From an uncultured virus (IMG/VR IMGVR_UViG_3300025073_000045) (lineage: Duplodnaviria > Heunggongvirae > Uroviricota > Caudoviricetes), in the IMG/VR virus record IMGVR_UViG_3300025073_000045, positions 57,452 to 77,451 of that record: a DNA stretch of 20,000 bases; one strand, 5' to 3'. How positions within the stretch are numbered: position 1 is the first letter of the stretch; each line of letters begins with the position of its first letter. Shown here piece after piece: positions 1 through 9,138 of this stretch. The notes beneath the pieces were generated by a model. The model ran no database searches. It was not told the origin of the DNA and saw only the letters and a program-made list of their open reading frames with translations. A program made the position numbers and the translations under genes.

Positions 1-142
1 TACCTACGTATCCTATTCCCTCTAATTGATGTTGACCATAGCCTAGAAGTGCTAATTTTAGTTTGACTTTGTTTACTTTTAAACAAGTTTTCTCATCTTC
101 AATCATACCTAAATATGTATTAACTACTCTGTTTGATTCCAT
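1..142 (-). CDS. Hypothetical protein, partial (runs off the left edge)
   Basis: Translated by hand: ATG at 142, open frame MESNRVVNTYLGMIEDEKTCLKVNKVKLKLALLGYGQHQLEGIGYVG... to the window edge. It overlaps the 3' end of the 120..314 ORF, like the other genes in this run. Confidence 0.6.
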   Translation of the reverse strand, partial: MESNRVVNTYLGMIEDEKTCLKVNKVKLKLALLGYGQHQLEGIGYVG

Positions 143-314
143 TTTTCTTAGCCTTAAATAATAAATATTTATTAAATTTTCTTTTAACCTTCCAAGCAAA
201 ATATATTGCTGTTATGTTTTGAAAATAATGTAACCCTATAAATGATGCAAATGGAGAAGATGCTATCTCATATAATAAAAATTCAGAAACTTGCTCTTTT
301 TGTTCTTGTGTCAT
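120..314 (-). CDS. Small hypothetical protein (64 aa)
   Basis: ATGA overlap with the stop of 311..2434; co-oriented with the gene run. Confidence 0.6.
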   Translation of the reverse strand: MTQEQKEQVSEFLLYEIASSPFASFIGLHYFQNITAIYFAWKVKRKFNKYLLFKAKKNGIKQSS

Positions 315-2434
315 AATTTATCTCCCAATTCTAAGAATCTTTTTGCAACATTAATCCAAGATAAGTTCTTAGACTGTTCTAATCCTTTTTGATGATAATC
401 ATACCAGTCAATATCATTGGTTAATAAATGTTTAACAGCATTTATAAAATTTTCTCTATGGTCTTTATTTTTTATCCAACCATCAACAATAATACCGGCA
501 TTTCCAACTCTTTCTCTCAAACAACCCCAATCTGAAGCAACTGCTGGAGTTCCTGCTGCTTGAGCTTCAATGGCTGTAATACAAAATGTTTCTAACCATG
601 TGCAAGGATATAACCATAATTTACTAGACATATATTCTTTTGCAAGATCTTTCTGATTATGATATCCTCTATAAATTAATCCAGGTGTTTCTTTCCAATA
701 ATTTGGATGTTTTCTAATATTATCTGGATAGTATCCAAAAACATGTAATTCTAATCTATTATCCCATTTTTTTAGTTCTTCAAAAATGGGTATCAACTCA
801 GTCATGCCTCTATCTGGATTACTTGAATATATTAATTTTGTAGGTATTCTTTCTACTTTTTGGTTAAATCTTGATAAATCTAAACCATTAGCAAAAATCT
901 CCATTTTACTAGTAGGTATAAATGGATATGCAGCCGTAAAGAATCTATAATGATATCTTGATAACACTAAAAATTTATCAAAATAGTTTATATTAATAGG
1001 ATTAATCCTGTTATAATAGTTTAAATCATGAGCCCAAAAATAAACTTTAGTCTTTGGATTCACAAATCTAAATTCTGGTAATCTTGACACTATTAAAGTA
1101 TGTATTTCATTTATCTTTTCAAAAGCATCAAATTTCTCTATAGGTTCCCAAGCTACACCATCAATGATTTTTGGATTACCACAATTATTAAAAACATAAA
1201 CTAAGTGACCTAATTTAGCAAGTTCTTTTGAAAGTTGTATTACTGCAATTTCAGATCCGCCAATTCCTTTCTCAGTGTTATCTGCGTCCCAAGTATGCCC
1301 AGCATCAGGTTTTACATAGAAAACTATTAACTGTTGTTTTCTTTTTACAACTTCATAAGTGTCTCTTTGAGCAGTTAAATATTCATACCTTGACCTAACA
1401 TCATCATAAACTTCTAGATTAACTAATGGTTTAAAAAACTCAGATCCTTCTGAGAATCGACCAGTCTGATCATAACAACTACTTAAATATGCATATGCTT
1501 GATGTATTCCTGCATAAGCAGCTATTTTAAGATATGGAATAGCTTCTGCATATTTAATTTCATTAAAAAGCTTAATTCCGTTATTAAAATTAATAATTCC
1601 CCAATCTACCATTTGTCCTTGTAGTTTTTTTGATTTTAATTCAATGACTGCTTTTAAAGGTGTTTTATTTTCTGGTACAGGCATTGAATATCTTTCAATC
1701 AAAGTAGCACTTAATAGTTCTGCATTACCTTCATTAAATCTAATAGTATCAGTAGAATTGGTATATTTGTCAAGTATTGATAAATTACCAAACCTTTCAA
1801 TCAAGAAATTGGTAAAATCATTAATGGGTATCGCTTTATCCGTTGATTTTCCAACCAAATGATTGATTTCCATAGTAGAATCTACTAATATTAAGAAATT
1901 TTCTCGTTCAGCAAATAATGCAAAATCTAAATCTAATCCGCCATGAAAGTAATTTAATTTTTTCCCTTTTAAACCTTTTAAGAAAGCTTTTACAAATGAA
2001 TTTGACAAAACTGCAGATTGCAAATCAGAATATCTAGTGAGAAATATACCCTTTTGTGTAATTCTCTGGGGAGATATAAATCCATTAAGAGTGTCATTAA
2101 CCTTTGTTGTGACTATACCAATATTATCAGCATGATTAATCAAATTTAAGAATTTATCTAAGTAATTATATTGTAAATCCAAAACACAATCACTATTTAA
2201 AAGCCAATATCCAGCATAATCTTCTTTACAGCTTAACCATTTTAATACAGTTTGATCGAATCCAAGATTACGGGTGCTAAGTTCAGTAGCTTCTGTCATC
2301 TTATTTGAAGAACTATTATCCCAAATAGTTAAATCAAACTTTGATTCATCAAATGTCTTAATTTGATTCATTAAGTTTTTTGTTAATTCTGGGGTTTCAT
2401 AATTAATTACTAAAATTGCAATCTTATTTTTCAT
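311..2434 (-). CDS. Multidomain glycosyltransferase: N-terminal GT2-like (GT-A), central TPR-like helices, C-terminal GT4 (GT-B)
   Basis: N-terminal IAILVINY...DNSS...NLGF...YWLLNSD is a GT2 pattern. YAEAIPYLKIA...AYAYLSSCY is TPR-like. C-terminal GIGGSE, YSSNPDRG and ETFCITAIEAQAAGTP (E-x7-E) are typical of GT4. Confidence 0.85.
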   Translation of the reverse strand: MKNKIAILVINYETPELTKNLMNQIKTFDESKFDLTIWDNSSSNKMTEATELSTRNLGFDQTVLKWLSCKEDYAGYWLLNSDCVLDLQYNYLDKFLNLINHADNIGIVTTKVNDTLNGFISPQRITQKGIFLTRYSDLQSAVLSNSFVKAFLKGLKGKKLNYFHGGLDLDFALFAERENFLILVDSTMEINHLVGKSTDKAIPINDFTNFLIERFGNLSILDKYTNSTDTIRFNEGNAELLSATLIERYSMPVPENKTPLKAVIELKSKKLQGQMVDWGIINFNNGIKLFNEIKYAEAIPYLKIAAYAGIHQAYAYLSSCYDQTGRFSEGSEFFKPLVNLEVYDDVRSRYEYLTAQRDTYEVVKRKQQLIVFYVKPDAGHTWDADNTEKGIGGSEIAVIQLSKELAKLGHLVYVFNNCGNPKIIDGVAWEPIEKFDAFEKINEIHTLIVSRLPEFRFVNPKTKVYFWAHDLNYYNRINPININYFDKFLVLSRYHYRFFTAAYPFIPTSKMEIFANGLDLSRFNQKVERIPTKLIYSSNPDRGMTELIPIFEELKKWDNRLELHVFGYYPDNIRKHPNYWKETPGLIYRGYHNQKDLAKEYMSSKLWLYPCTWLETFCITAIEAQAAGTPAVASDWGCLRERVGNAGIIVDGWIKNKDHRENFINAVKHLLTNDIDWYDYHQKGLEQSKNLSWINVAKRFLELGDKL

Positions 2435-4299
2435 ATTTTTTTCCTTAGATATTCAAGGTTTGCAGGATTTTGTTTGTCAATTGTATACCAGTCTGCTTTT
2501 CCTGTTCTTAAATCATGAGTATCTTTAAAATATCTTTTAAACATTTCTTTTATGTTCTCTAACCCATAATTTTCAACAGCATATTTTCTTATCTTTTCTG
2601 GATTAAGCTTCTCAGATGATTTACAAGCCCAGTAAATATCATTCATAGTTTTACATCTATAACCAGTTATTCCATGGAGGTTTGTTTCAACAAAAGCTCC
2701 ATAGTCACTGGTAATAATTGGAGTACCACATAACATGGCTTCAATTGGAGCATGACCAAATGGCTCAACATATAGACTAAAATAGATTAGAGCTTTAGCT
2801 TTTGATAAGTATTTAACTTTTTGCTTAAGTGGTAATACTCCTACTTCAACTACATGATCAAATACTTTATATACTGAACCCGCTTGAATGTCAGGATCAA
2901 ATATACTACCACCGCCTATAACTACAAGTTTTTTGCCTAATTGGTGAGTGACATCAATAGCAACTGATAAGCCTTTACCCCAAGTTTTCCTTCCCAAGAA
3001 TACATAATAATCATCTTTCTCTGCTTCAAATGGGTAATCATCTACATTAAAATATGCTGGGATAACATAATCATAGTTGTTTGGAAAATATGAGGGAGAG
3101 TTTTTATTCCACCTATAGTAACAAGCTGTTGCCCATGTGTATGATTCAAAAATTCTATCCGGTAAATATGATCCACCATGTCCTATTCCAGGTTCAATAC
3201 AAATACAATGAGATGCATAGACATCTGTGATAGGTCTAAAAGCATCCCCAAAGAAATTTAGAATAAAATCATGCTTTTTAACTCTTGACTCAAGACTTTC
3301 AATTGTATTCTTAATAAAAGCTTCAAAATCAAGACCTTCTTGATTAGTTAGATGGTCAAGAGCATTTTTATCTCTTTTGCCATGTATTTTATTATGCATG
3401 CTCTCAGAAACAACAGAAACAAATTCATCAATCTTCTCATCAATTTTGCTTCCTTCAACACCATAAACAATTACTTTATAGTCTAATTCTTTAAGCATCC
3501 TGCACATATAAATAATTTTAGTATTGAATGGATTATTAGGTGCTTCTTCCCATCCAAGTTTATAATCTGCTAAGCCTAATAGGTGAAACGTTGGTTTTTC
3601 TGGTTCTTTCAATTTTGTTTCAATAACTGAATTCACTATATACCCAACATGCCATGACATTTCATTGTTAGCAGCGGTTATAGTATCTGTAATAACCATA
3701 CCTAGTTTTTCAAGATCCTCAATTGATATCTGGTTAATATGCTCAGATCCTTCATCTGCTGGATTTCCAGTAACTCCTGGCCACATATGTTCTTCTCTTG
3801 GTATAGTTATTAATAAAAGTCCATTATCAGATAACCAAGATTTAACTTTATTAATTGTCTCAGCTGGATTGATTAAATGTTCAATAATCTCTCCCATTAT
3901 GATAACATCAAACTTTTCAAATGTTTTATATGTTTCAACATCTGCATTGATGTAGGGTAAAGCATATCTAAATTCTCCTAAGTGACATGCCTTTACATTT
4001 AATTCAAGACATTGAACTTTATTATAACCCAACATTTTAAGCTCATTTGAAAACAAACCAGACCAAGCTCCAATATCAAGAATTTTGATATCTTTACCTT
4101 TTACAGCACTAAGAGTTGATACTGCATTTTTTACAAAATCAAGTCTAGGTCTTATTAAAGGATTATTTGCTGAATCAAGCCATACATTCTCATTACCTCT
4201 ATAATATTCTTTAACAATCTCTCTATTATGAGGGGTATTTATACCTTTCATTATCTCTGAAGTAGCTTTCTTGAATTGTTCAGTACTTATTTTATTCAT
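2431..4299 (-). CDS. Class I SAM-dependent methyltransferase fused to a GT4 glycosyltransferase
   Basis: N-terminal ILDIGAWSG and FDVIIMGEIIEHL motifs (small-molecule/sugar MTase type). C-terminal FHLLGL..., FLGRKTWGKG and EPFGHAPIEAMLCGTPIITSDYGAF (GT4). Confidence 0.85.
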   Translation of the reverse strand: MNKISTEQFKKATSEIMKGINTPHNREIVKEYYRGNENVWLDSANNPLIRPRLDFVKNAVSTLSAVKGKDIKILDIGAWSGLFSNELKMLGYNKVQCLELNVKACHLGEFRYALPYINADVETYKTFEKFDVIIMGEIIEHLINPAETINKVKSWLSDNGLLLITIPREEHMWPGVTGNPADEGSEHINQISIEDLEKLGMVITDTITAANNEMSWHVGYIVNSVIETKLKEPEKPTFHLLGLADYKLGWEEAPNNPFNTKIIYMCRMLKELDYKVIVYGVEGSKIDEKIDEFVSVVSESMHNKIHGKRDKNALDHLTNQEGLDFEAFIKNTIESLESRVKKHDFILNFFGDAFRPITDVYASHCICIEPGIGHGGSYLPDRIFESYTWATACYYRWNKNSPSYFPNNYDYVIPAYFNVDDYPFEAEKDDYYVFLGRKTWGKGLSVAIDVTHQLGKKLVVIGGGSIFDPDIQAGSVYKVFDHVVEVGVLPLKQKVKYLSKAKALIYFSLYVEPFGHAPIEAMLCGTPIITSDYGAFVETNLHGITGYRCKTMNDIYWACKSSEKLNPEKIRKYAVENYGLENIKEMFKRYFKDTHDLRTGKADWYTIDKQNPANLEYLRKKI

Positions 4300-4310
4300 T
4301 ACTATTTCCT

Positions 4311-4607
4311 TTAATTTTTATTTATAATATCATTAATTGATTTAATTGATTTATTATCACTAACATTTTTTAAAATACCATATACCAAGCTTTCTAATGA
4401 CATCTCTTTTTCAATTTGTGTAATGTAAACTAATCTTATTACTAGAAAAAGTGCTACTAATACATAATAAATTGTACTTATTACTGTAGATGGGTTAAAC
4501 TTATCTAATATTAACCATGTTATCAATACTTGACTTAAATAAAAACCTTTCCGTATTGAATTACTCTTTAGCTTATATTCTGATATAATCTGGACATTAT
4601 TTCTCAT
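4311..4607 (-). CDS. Small predicted membrane protein (about 2 hydrophobic segments)
   Basis: Hydrophobic stretches FYLSQVLITWLIL and VISTIYYVLVALFLVIRLVYI; ATGA coupling to the upstream gene. Confidence 0.65.
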   Translation of the reverse strand: MRNNVQIISEYKLKSNSIRKGFYLSQVLITWLILDKFNPSTVISTIYYVLVALFLVIRLVYITQIEKEMSLESLVYGILKNVSDNKSIKSINDIINKN

Positions 4608-5626
4608 GACTCTTTTTCCAAATACTTTTTTACTTGTTTTAGAATATATTCACCAACTTGTGGTACAATACCTTTCCCTATCTGATCTAATACTTTATTT
4701 TCGCTTCCAATAAACAAGAAGTCTAAAGGTAGTCCCATAAGGCATGCTGATTCTCTTCCTGTAAGGAGTCTATGTTCCCAAGGATGTATGTACCTAGTTG
4801 CTGAAGACATGATAACTGGACCACATTTTGTTGAGTCCAGTCTTTTGTTGTTGATTCCTCCGTAGAGACCTTCTCCAGGACGAATACGAGACATTTTTTC
4901 AATTTTTTCTTCTGAATGTTTTGGAAAATGATCATTATGTAAAGTAACACCTTGTCTTCTAAGGTCATCAAGTTCTTCAAAGATAGGCCCAATAGATAGT
5001 TCAGCTCTATAATCTTTTTCTGGTGGTTCTAACATAAACCTAAAAGGAAATCTACTACCAATTGTAAATAGCCTATCTCTCACTTGAGGTATACCAACTT
5101 CAGTTGGGGTAATCCTATGCTCTTCAATATAATAATCATACAGAGGAACTTCTTCTTTTGAGATTTGATGCTTTAATATAAATCCAGCAGGAGTAGAATT
5201 AAATTGAACAAAGTTTTTCACAGAAGGTATATTTTCAAGAATGAATACTTTTGGTTTTCTAGCAATAATTTCTAATATAAATCTTACATATTCAAAATCT
5301 TGAAATTCTTTCATAGCCATAGTTTTTGCATTCTTGGAATTTCTAGAACTTGATGATATCTCTCCACAACTTGGACTTCCCCAAATAACATCAACTGGGT
5401 ATTGATGAAAAGCTTCCAGTTCACTTGAATACATAATAGATTGAAAATTGCTACGGAAAGTTTTTATATTAAAATAAGGTCGTGGTTCTAGACCCCATCT
5501 AGCATTCATACCTGCCCAAAGTGCTCCTAAAATAGGAAAACCTGCTCCACAATAGATACTACCAAAAGAAACTTTCGATATTGGATGTGGTATTAATTCA
5601 TCTTTAGTGCTTAGAATTTTACTCAT
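4604..5626 (-). CDS. DNA cytosine-C5 methyltransferase-fold protein, divergent (paralog 1)
   Basis: Motif I-like SIYCGAG, IV GSPSC, VI LENI, VIII PQVRDR, IX RLLTGRESACLMGLP, X QIGKGIVP. Confidence 0.85.
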   Translation of the reverse strand: MSKILSTKDELIPHPISKVSFGSIYCGAGFPILGALWAGMNARWGLEPRPYFNIKTFRSNFQSIMYSSELEAFHQYPVDVIWGSPSCGEISSSSRNSKNAKTMAMKEFQDFEYVRFILEIIARKPKVFILENIPSVKNFVQFNSTPAGFILKHQISKEEVPLYDYYIEEHRITPTEVGIPQVRDRLFTIGSRFPFRFMLEPPEKDYRAELSIGPIFEELDDLRRQGVTLHNDHFPKHSEEKIEKMSRIRPGEGLYGGINNKRLDSTKCGPVIMSSATRYIHPWEHRLLTGRESACLMGLPLDFLFIGSENKVLDQIGKGIVPQVGEYILKQVKKYLEKES

Positions 5627-5921
5627 TTCTAATACTTTTCCATAAGATTAAATAATTTATTAAATCTTTGATAGTATCATTTACTGATTCATTTGCAACA
5701 ACTTTGTTTGGATTATTAGTTAATTCTCTTAATCTTGCAAGCTTAGTACCAATTAGTACTTTACAAGATTGCTCTTGTGTAACTCCAGCAAAATCACCGG
5801 AATATTTAAAATTAGAAAGACCATCAATCTCTGCAGCATAGTCATTCCCCTTTTTTCTTAATGTTTCCAAACACTCTGAAAAATCTGATTCCGCTAATTT
5901 AATTATGTCAGCAATTAACAT
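5619..5921 (-). CDS. Nucleotide-modification-associated domain 1 (Nmad1/DUF1599-like, all-alpha NTP-PPase superfamily)
   Basis: Pattern KKGNDY...NF...KLARL...NESVNDTIKDLINY. Confidence 0.75.
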   Translation of the reverse strand: MLIADIIKLAESDFSECLETLRKKGNDYAAEIDGLSNFKYSGDFAGVTQEQSCKVLIGTKLARLRELTNNPNKVVANESVNDTIKDLINYLILWKSIRNE

Positions 5922-6672
5922 TCTTTAACCTCTCTATAGTATAAGAAATAGCATTATGATTTATGTCACACCCAATGAAATCTATATTTAATTCTTTTGC
6001 AACAACAACAGAAGTTCCTGAACCAACAAAAGGATCAAAGAATACTCCATCACTTGGACAACTTGAGTCTATAATTGGATATAATAAAGATTTTGGCTTT
6101 TGAGTAGGGTAACCAGTTCTCTCTGTTTTATCATTTTGACCTAGAATTGAAATGGTCCATACATCGTCTAATATTTTACCTCTTTGATCATAATATTTTT
6201 CTTTATCATAACCTCTTGGTGCAGTTTCTGAATATGGTTGTCTTACATATTTAGAATCTGGGTTGAAATAATAGTTCTCAGTTTTTGTATATCTTAATAT
6301 AGTATCATGTCTTTTTCCAAAATCTTTTTTCTTACGAGGTGCAGAATTATAGTACCATATTATTTCATTTCTGAAATTATGATCACCAAAAATACCATCA
6401 ATAAGTATTCTTATCCAATGGGAAATGATTGAATCACAATGAAAGTATAATAAACCAGTTGGTTTAAGAACCCTATGCATTTCTATTAATCTTGGAGTAT
6501 AGAATTCCAATATGTCTAATCTCACAGGTTTTAAATCTTTAAACTCCTTAAAATCTTTTCCAGTACCAAATAACACATCCCCATATATCAAATCTATACA
6601 CTTACTTGGTAATTCTTTGAGTAAGTATAGATTATCACATTGATAAACTTGATTTACTAGGATTTCATTCAT
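5908..6672 (-). CDS. Beta-class DNA amino-methyltransferase (N6-A/N4-C) with a variant catalytic motif
   Basis: IDLIYGDVLF at the DPPY/F position, RVLKPTG, NEIIWYY, YPTQKP, and motif I DPFVGSGT. Confidence 0.85.
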   Translation of the reverse strand: MNEILVNQVYQCDNLYLLKELPSKCIDLIYGDVLFGTGKDFKEFKDLKPVRLDILEFYTPRLIEMHRVLKPTGLLYFHCDSIISHWIRILIDGIFGDHNFRNEIIWYYNSAPRKKKDFGKRHDTILRYTKTENYYFNPDSKYVRQPYSETAPRGYDKEKYYDQRGKILDDVWTISILGQNDKTERTGYPTQKPKSLLYPIIDSSCPSDGVFFDPFVGSGTSVVVAKELNIDFIGCDINHNAISYTIERLKNVNC

Positions 6673-6979
6673 AAGAAATTATCTTATCATTACGTAAGAA
6701 ATTTAATTCTCTCGCACTTAATTCATATTCCTTTTCATTTGGAATAAAATCTATTAAAACTTGACAGAAGTTAACAGAGTCATCTATTTTCAATAACTCA
6801 AAATCTTTCTTTTCTTTAATAAGTTGACGATCGTCTGCATTAAGATGGCCTCTTCTTAAATCTTCCATTTGTTCAGCTAATTTAGCTGCAACAGTTTGTA
6901 ATAATACCATTTTTCTAGAAGCCATCTCTTTAATTCTAGAACCATTAATTGTTATTAGTATCGATTGAAAATTACTCAT
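6665..6979 (-). CDS. Hypothetical protein (104 aa)
   Basis: Overlap-coupled to both neighbours; no recognisable motif. Confidence 0.7.
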   Translation of the reverse strand: MSNFQSILITINGSRIKEMASRKMVLLQTVAAKLAEQMEDLRRGHLNADDRQLIKEKKDFELLKIDDSVNFCQVLIDFIPNEKEYELSARELNFLRNDKIISYE

Positions 6980-7965
6980 CCTATAACTCCTAAATCAATA
7001 TTTCTTTCATAATTGTATTTAATCTCACTTGCTATATGAGCAGCAACTTGTACTGGTATACTTCTACCAATTAAATCCAGCTTTGTTGAAAAACTTATAT
7101 GCCCAAATTGAAAATCTAATGGGAATCCTTGAAATGTAGCCGCTTCTCTTGGTGTAAGTACTCTATCATGCCAAGGATGTACATATTGAGTTTTTGATGA
7201 TGCAATAACTGGGCAAATCTTTTCAGGATCTAATCTTTTATTATTTTGAGTTCCATAAAAACTATCACCTGGTAAGAGCTTATTAAAACCTTGTTTTCTT
7301 TCTTCAGAATGATTAGGATGTTCATCATCATATAATTTTCTATCTTTTCTTAAAAGATCTAATACAATTAAAACTTCTCCAGCTTTTTTACCAGCGAGCA
7401 TTGTAGAAGGTTTAAGATACATAAAATCTAAATTCTTTAGCGAAAAGAAAATAAATAAACGTTTTCTAGACTGTGGCGTTCCATATATTTGTGAATCAAC
7501 ATTAACAATTTGAACACGATAATGATCTGGATATGAGAATGATTCTTTTGTTGATATACAATAAAGTTCATTATGCCTTACTTCAAAAAACCTAAGGAGA
7601 GAAGGTAAATATTCCATAACAATATATGGAGCATTTGTATAAAGTAATTTTACTAGAGCATGATAAAATTCAAAATCTTTAATGCCAAGAGTCTTTAAAC
7701 TTGAACGATCCTTTCTTTTCACTCCTAATGCAGAAATTTGACTACAGGATGGAGATGATATTAAAACTGTTGGAGTAGGATAATTTACTAATCCATCATC
7801 AAAATCATTACTAATACTTATATTAGGGAAATTATCATAAAAAGCTACCTTACCTTTATGTATAAACTCTCTATTATCCACATTAAAAAGCACATTATAA
7901 CCTTCTAATTGGAAGCCTAATAAATTACCTATGCCGCATTGAAAACCACCAACAGAAAATTTCAT
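6976..7965 (-). CDS. DNA cytosine-C5 methyltransferase-fold protein, divergent (paralog 2)
   Basis: Likely start is the ATG at 7965 (GGAG upstream, ATGA overlap with the previous stop) rather than 7998. Motifs: I-like FQCGIG, IV SSPSC, VI MEYL, VIII PQSRKR, IX RVLTPREAATFQGFP, X LIGRSIP. Confidence 0.85.
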   Translation of the reverse strand: MKFSVGGFQCGIGNLLGFQLEGYNVLFNVDNREFIHKGKVAFYDNFPNISISNDFDDGLVNYPTPTVLISSPSCSQISALGVKRKDRSSLKTLGIKDFEFYHALVKLLYTNAPYIVMEYLPSLLRFFEVRHNELYCISTKESFSYPDHYRVQIVNVDSQIYGTPQSRKRLFIFFSLKNLDFMYLKPSTMLAGKKAGEVLIVLDLLRKDRKLYDDEHPNHSEERKQGFNKLLPGDSFYGTQNNKRLDPEKICPVIASSKTQYVHPWHDRVLTPREAATFQGFPLDFQFGHISFSTKLDLIGRSIPVQVAAHIASEIKYNYERNIDLGVIG

Positions 7966-8606
7966 TGTTTCTCCATTAAATGAAGTGCTCTTACCCATTT
8001 ATTTCCATCATAATACATGAATGAGTTTAATATTTCAGATTGATAAATATCTTCTTTGATTGCTTTCCTTTTACATGTTTTTAGTAAAGCTTCTTTACCT
8101 TCATAAGAGATTCTAAATCCATTATTTTTATCAAATACATAATATGAAGGCCAAACATATAAAAGATTTGAGTCAATATCATTAAATTGATAATAACTTG
8201 AGTCTTTATATTGAAGATTAGATTTATGAGACTTTACTAATTCATGTAAAAAATTCTGATTTTCTAACCAAAAGGGTTCTTTAAAATAAGCATGTCGTGC
8301 TGTATAACAATATTCTTCAAAGAAGCTCATATACTTATGTATAGTCTTTATAGCACTTTTTGATTGAAAAGCTTTACAACATTCAAAACCATATCTTGCT
8401 AAAAGATTCTCTGAGCTCATCCACATTTGAACCACAGGATGACTCAAATATCTACCAGTTCCTTTTATTAAAATTTGTAAGATTTGGTATGCTTCAAGAA
8501 TTTGTTTATTTAAACGCTTATTATCAAGAAATTCTAAGCCTTTACATAAGTCTTTGAAATAGATAGTTTCAGCAAATTCTTTATCAGACAATAAAAAAGT
8601 TTGCAT
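7962..8606 (-). CDS. Pyrimidine-dimer DNA glycosylase/endonuclease V-like protein (MSMEG_6728-type)
   Basis: MQTFL...LDNKRLNKQILEAYQIL...HPVVQMW...SHKSNL..KD..YY...YVWP family pattern. Confidence 0.75.
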   Translation of the reverse strand: MQTFLLSDKEFAETIYFKDLCKGLEFLDNKRLNKQILEAYQILQILIKGTGRYLSHPVVQMWMSSENLLARYGFECCKAFQSKSAIKTIHKYMSFFEEYCYTARHAYFKEPFWLENQNFLHELVKSHKSNLQYKDSSYYQFNDIDSNLLYVWPSYYVFDKNNGFRISYEGKEALLKTCKRKAIKEDIYQSEILNSFMYYDGNKWVRALHLMEKQ

Positions 8607-9112
8607 TATATACTCGGTATTTCTATATTTGAATTATCTGAATTATTTATTGAAATAATCTTAATACCCTCATTTTCAAGTACTTTAACTACTTCAAAAT
8701 ACATGGTTTGAATTTTTAATATTTCATCTAAACTGAAAAGTTTTTCTGTTCTGACAAGTTTTCTTCTCTCAATAGAGTTTGAATCAGCATATACAAAGAA
8801 AACTTTTACAAATGGATCTTTTAAAGCTTCCATTATATATGTTTTATCATATTCTCTTTCAAAGAAAGTACCATAAACAAGTGATGAAAGTAATGACCTA
8901 TCAACTGCCACATTAATAAGTTCTCTTATTGGCCATATAGTAAGCCAAAAGAATTTTTGTAATTCTTCAATTAAATTTGTAAGTAAGAATTCTTTTGACA
9001 TCCCCAATACATCAAAACGTTTTTTAATGAGTGGAATGTTATTCTTTTTTGAAAAGGCTTCAGCTAACGTTGTTTTTCCTGATAAATCTGAGCCTTCAAA
9101 GATATAAATCAT
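8606..9112 (-). CDS. dNMP (thymidylate-kinase-like) P-loop kinase
   Basis: IFEGSDLSGKTT Walker A and VDRS motif; adjacent to the TS homologue. Confidence 0.8.
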   Translation of the reverse strand: MIYIFEGSDLSGKTTLAEAFSKKNNIPLIKKRFDVLGMSKEFLLTNLIEELQKFFWLTIWPIRELINVAVDRSLLSSLVYGTFFEREYDKTYIMEALKDPFVKVFFVYADSNSIERRKLVRTEKLFSLDEILKIQTMYFEVVKVLENEGIKIISINNSDNSNIEIPSI

Positions 9113-9138
9113 GTAATTAATCCCTTAATTTTACAAAA

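Noticed and set aside
2431..4299. N-terminal MTase domain as a CmoA-like Cx-SAM synthase
   Set aside because: Its motifs (EIIEHL, GT fusion) fit sugar/small-molecule MTases, and no CmoA hallmark is recognisable by eye. An HMM search would settle it.
4723..4992. 89-aa alternative-frame ORF inside C5-MTase paralog 1
   Set aside because: Fully nested, with no motif, and the host frame is intact, so no frameshift is needed to explain it.
4604..7998. Restriction-modification system
   Set aside because: No recognisable endonuclease or specificity subunit; the context is phage nucleotide metabolism.
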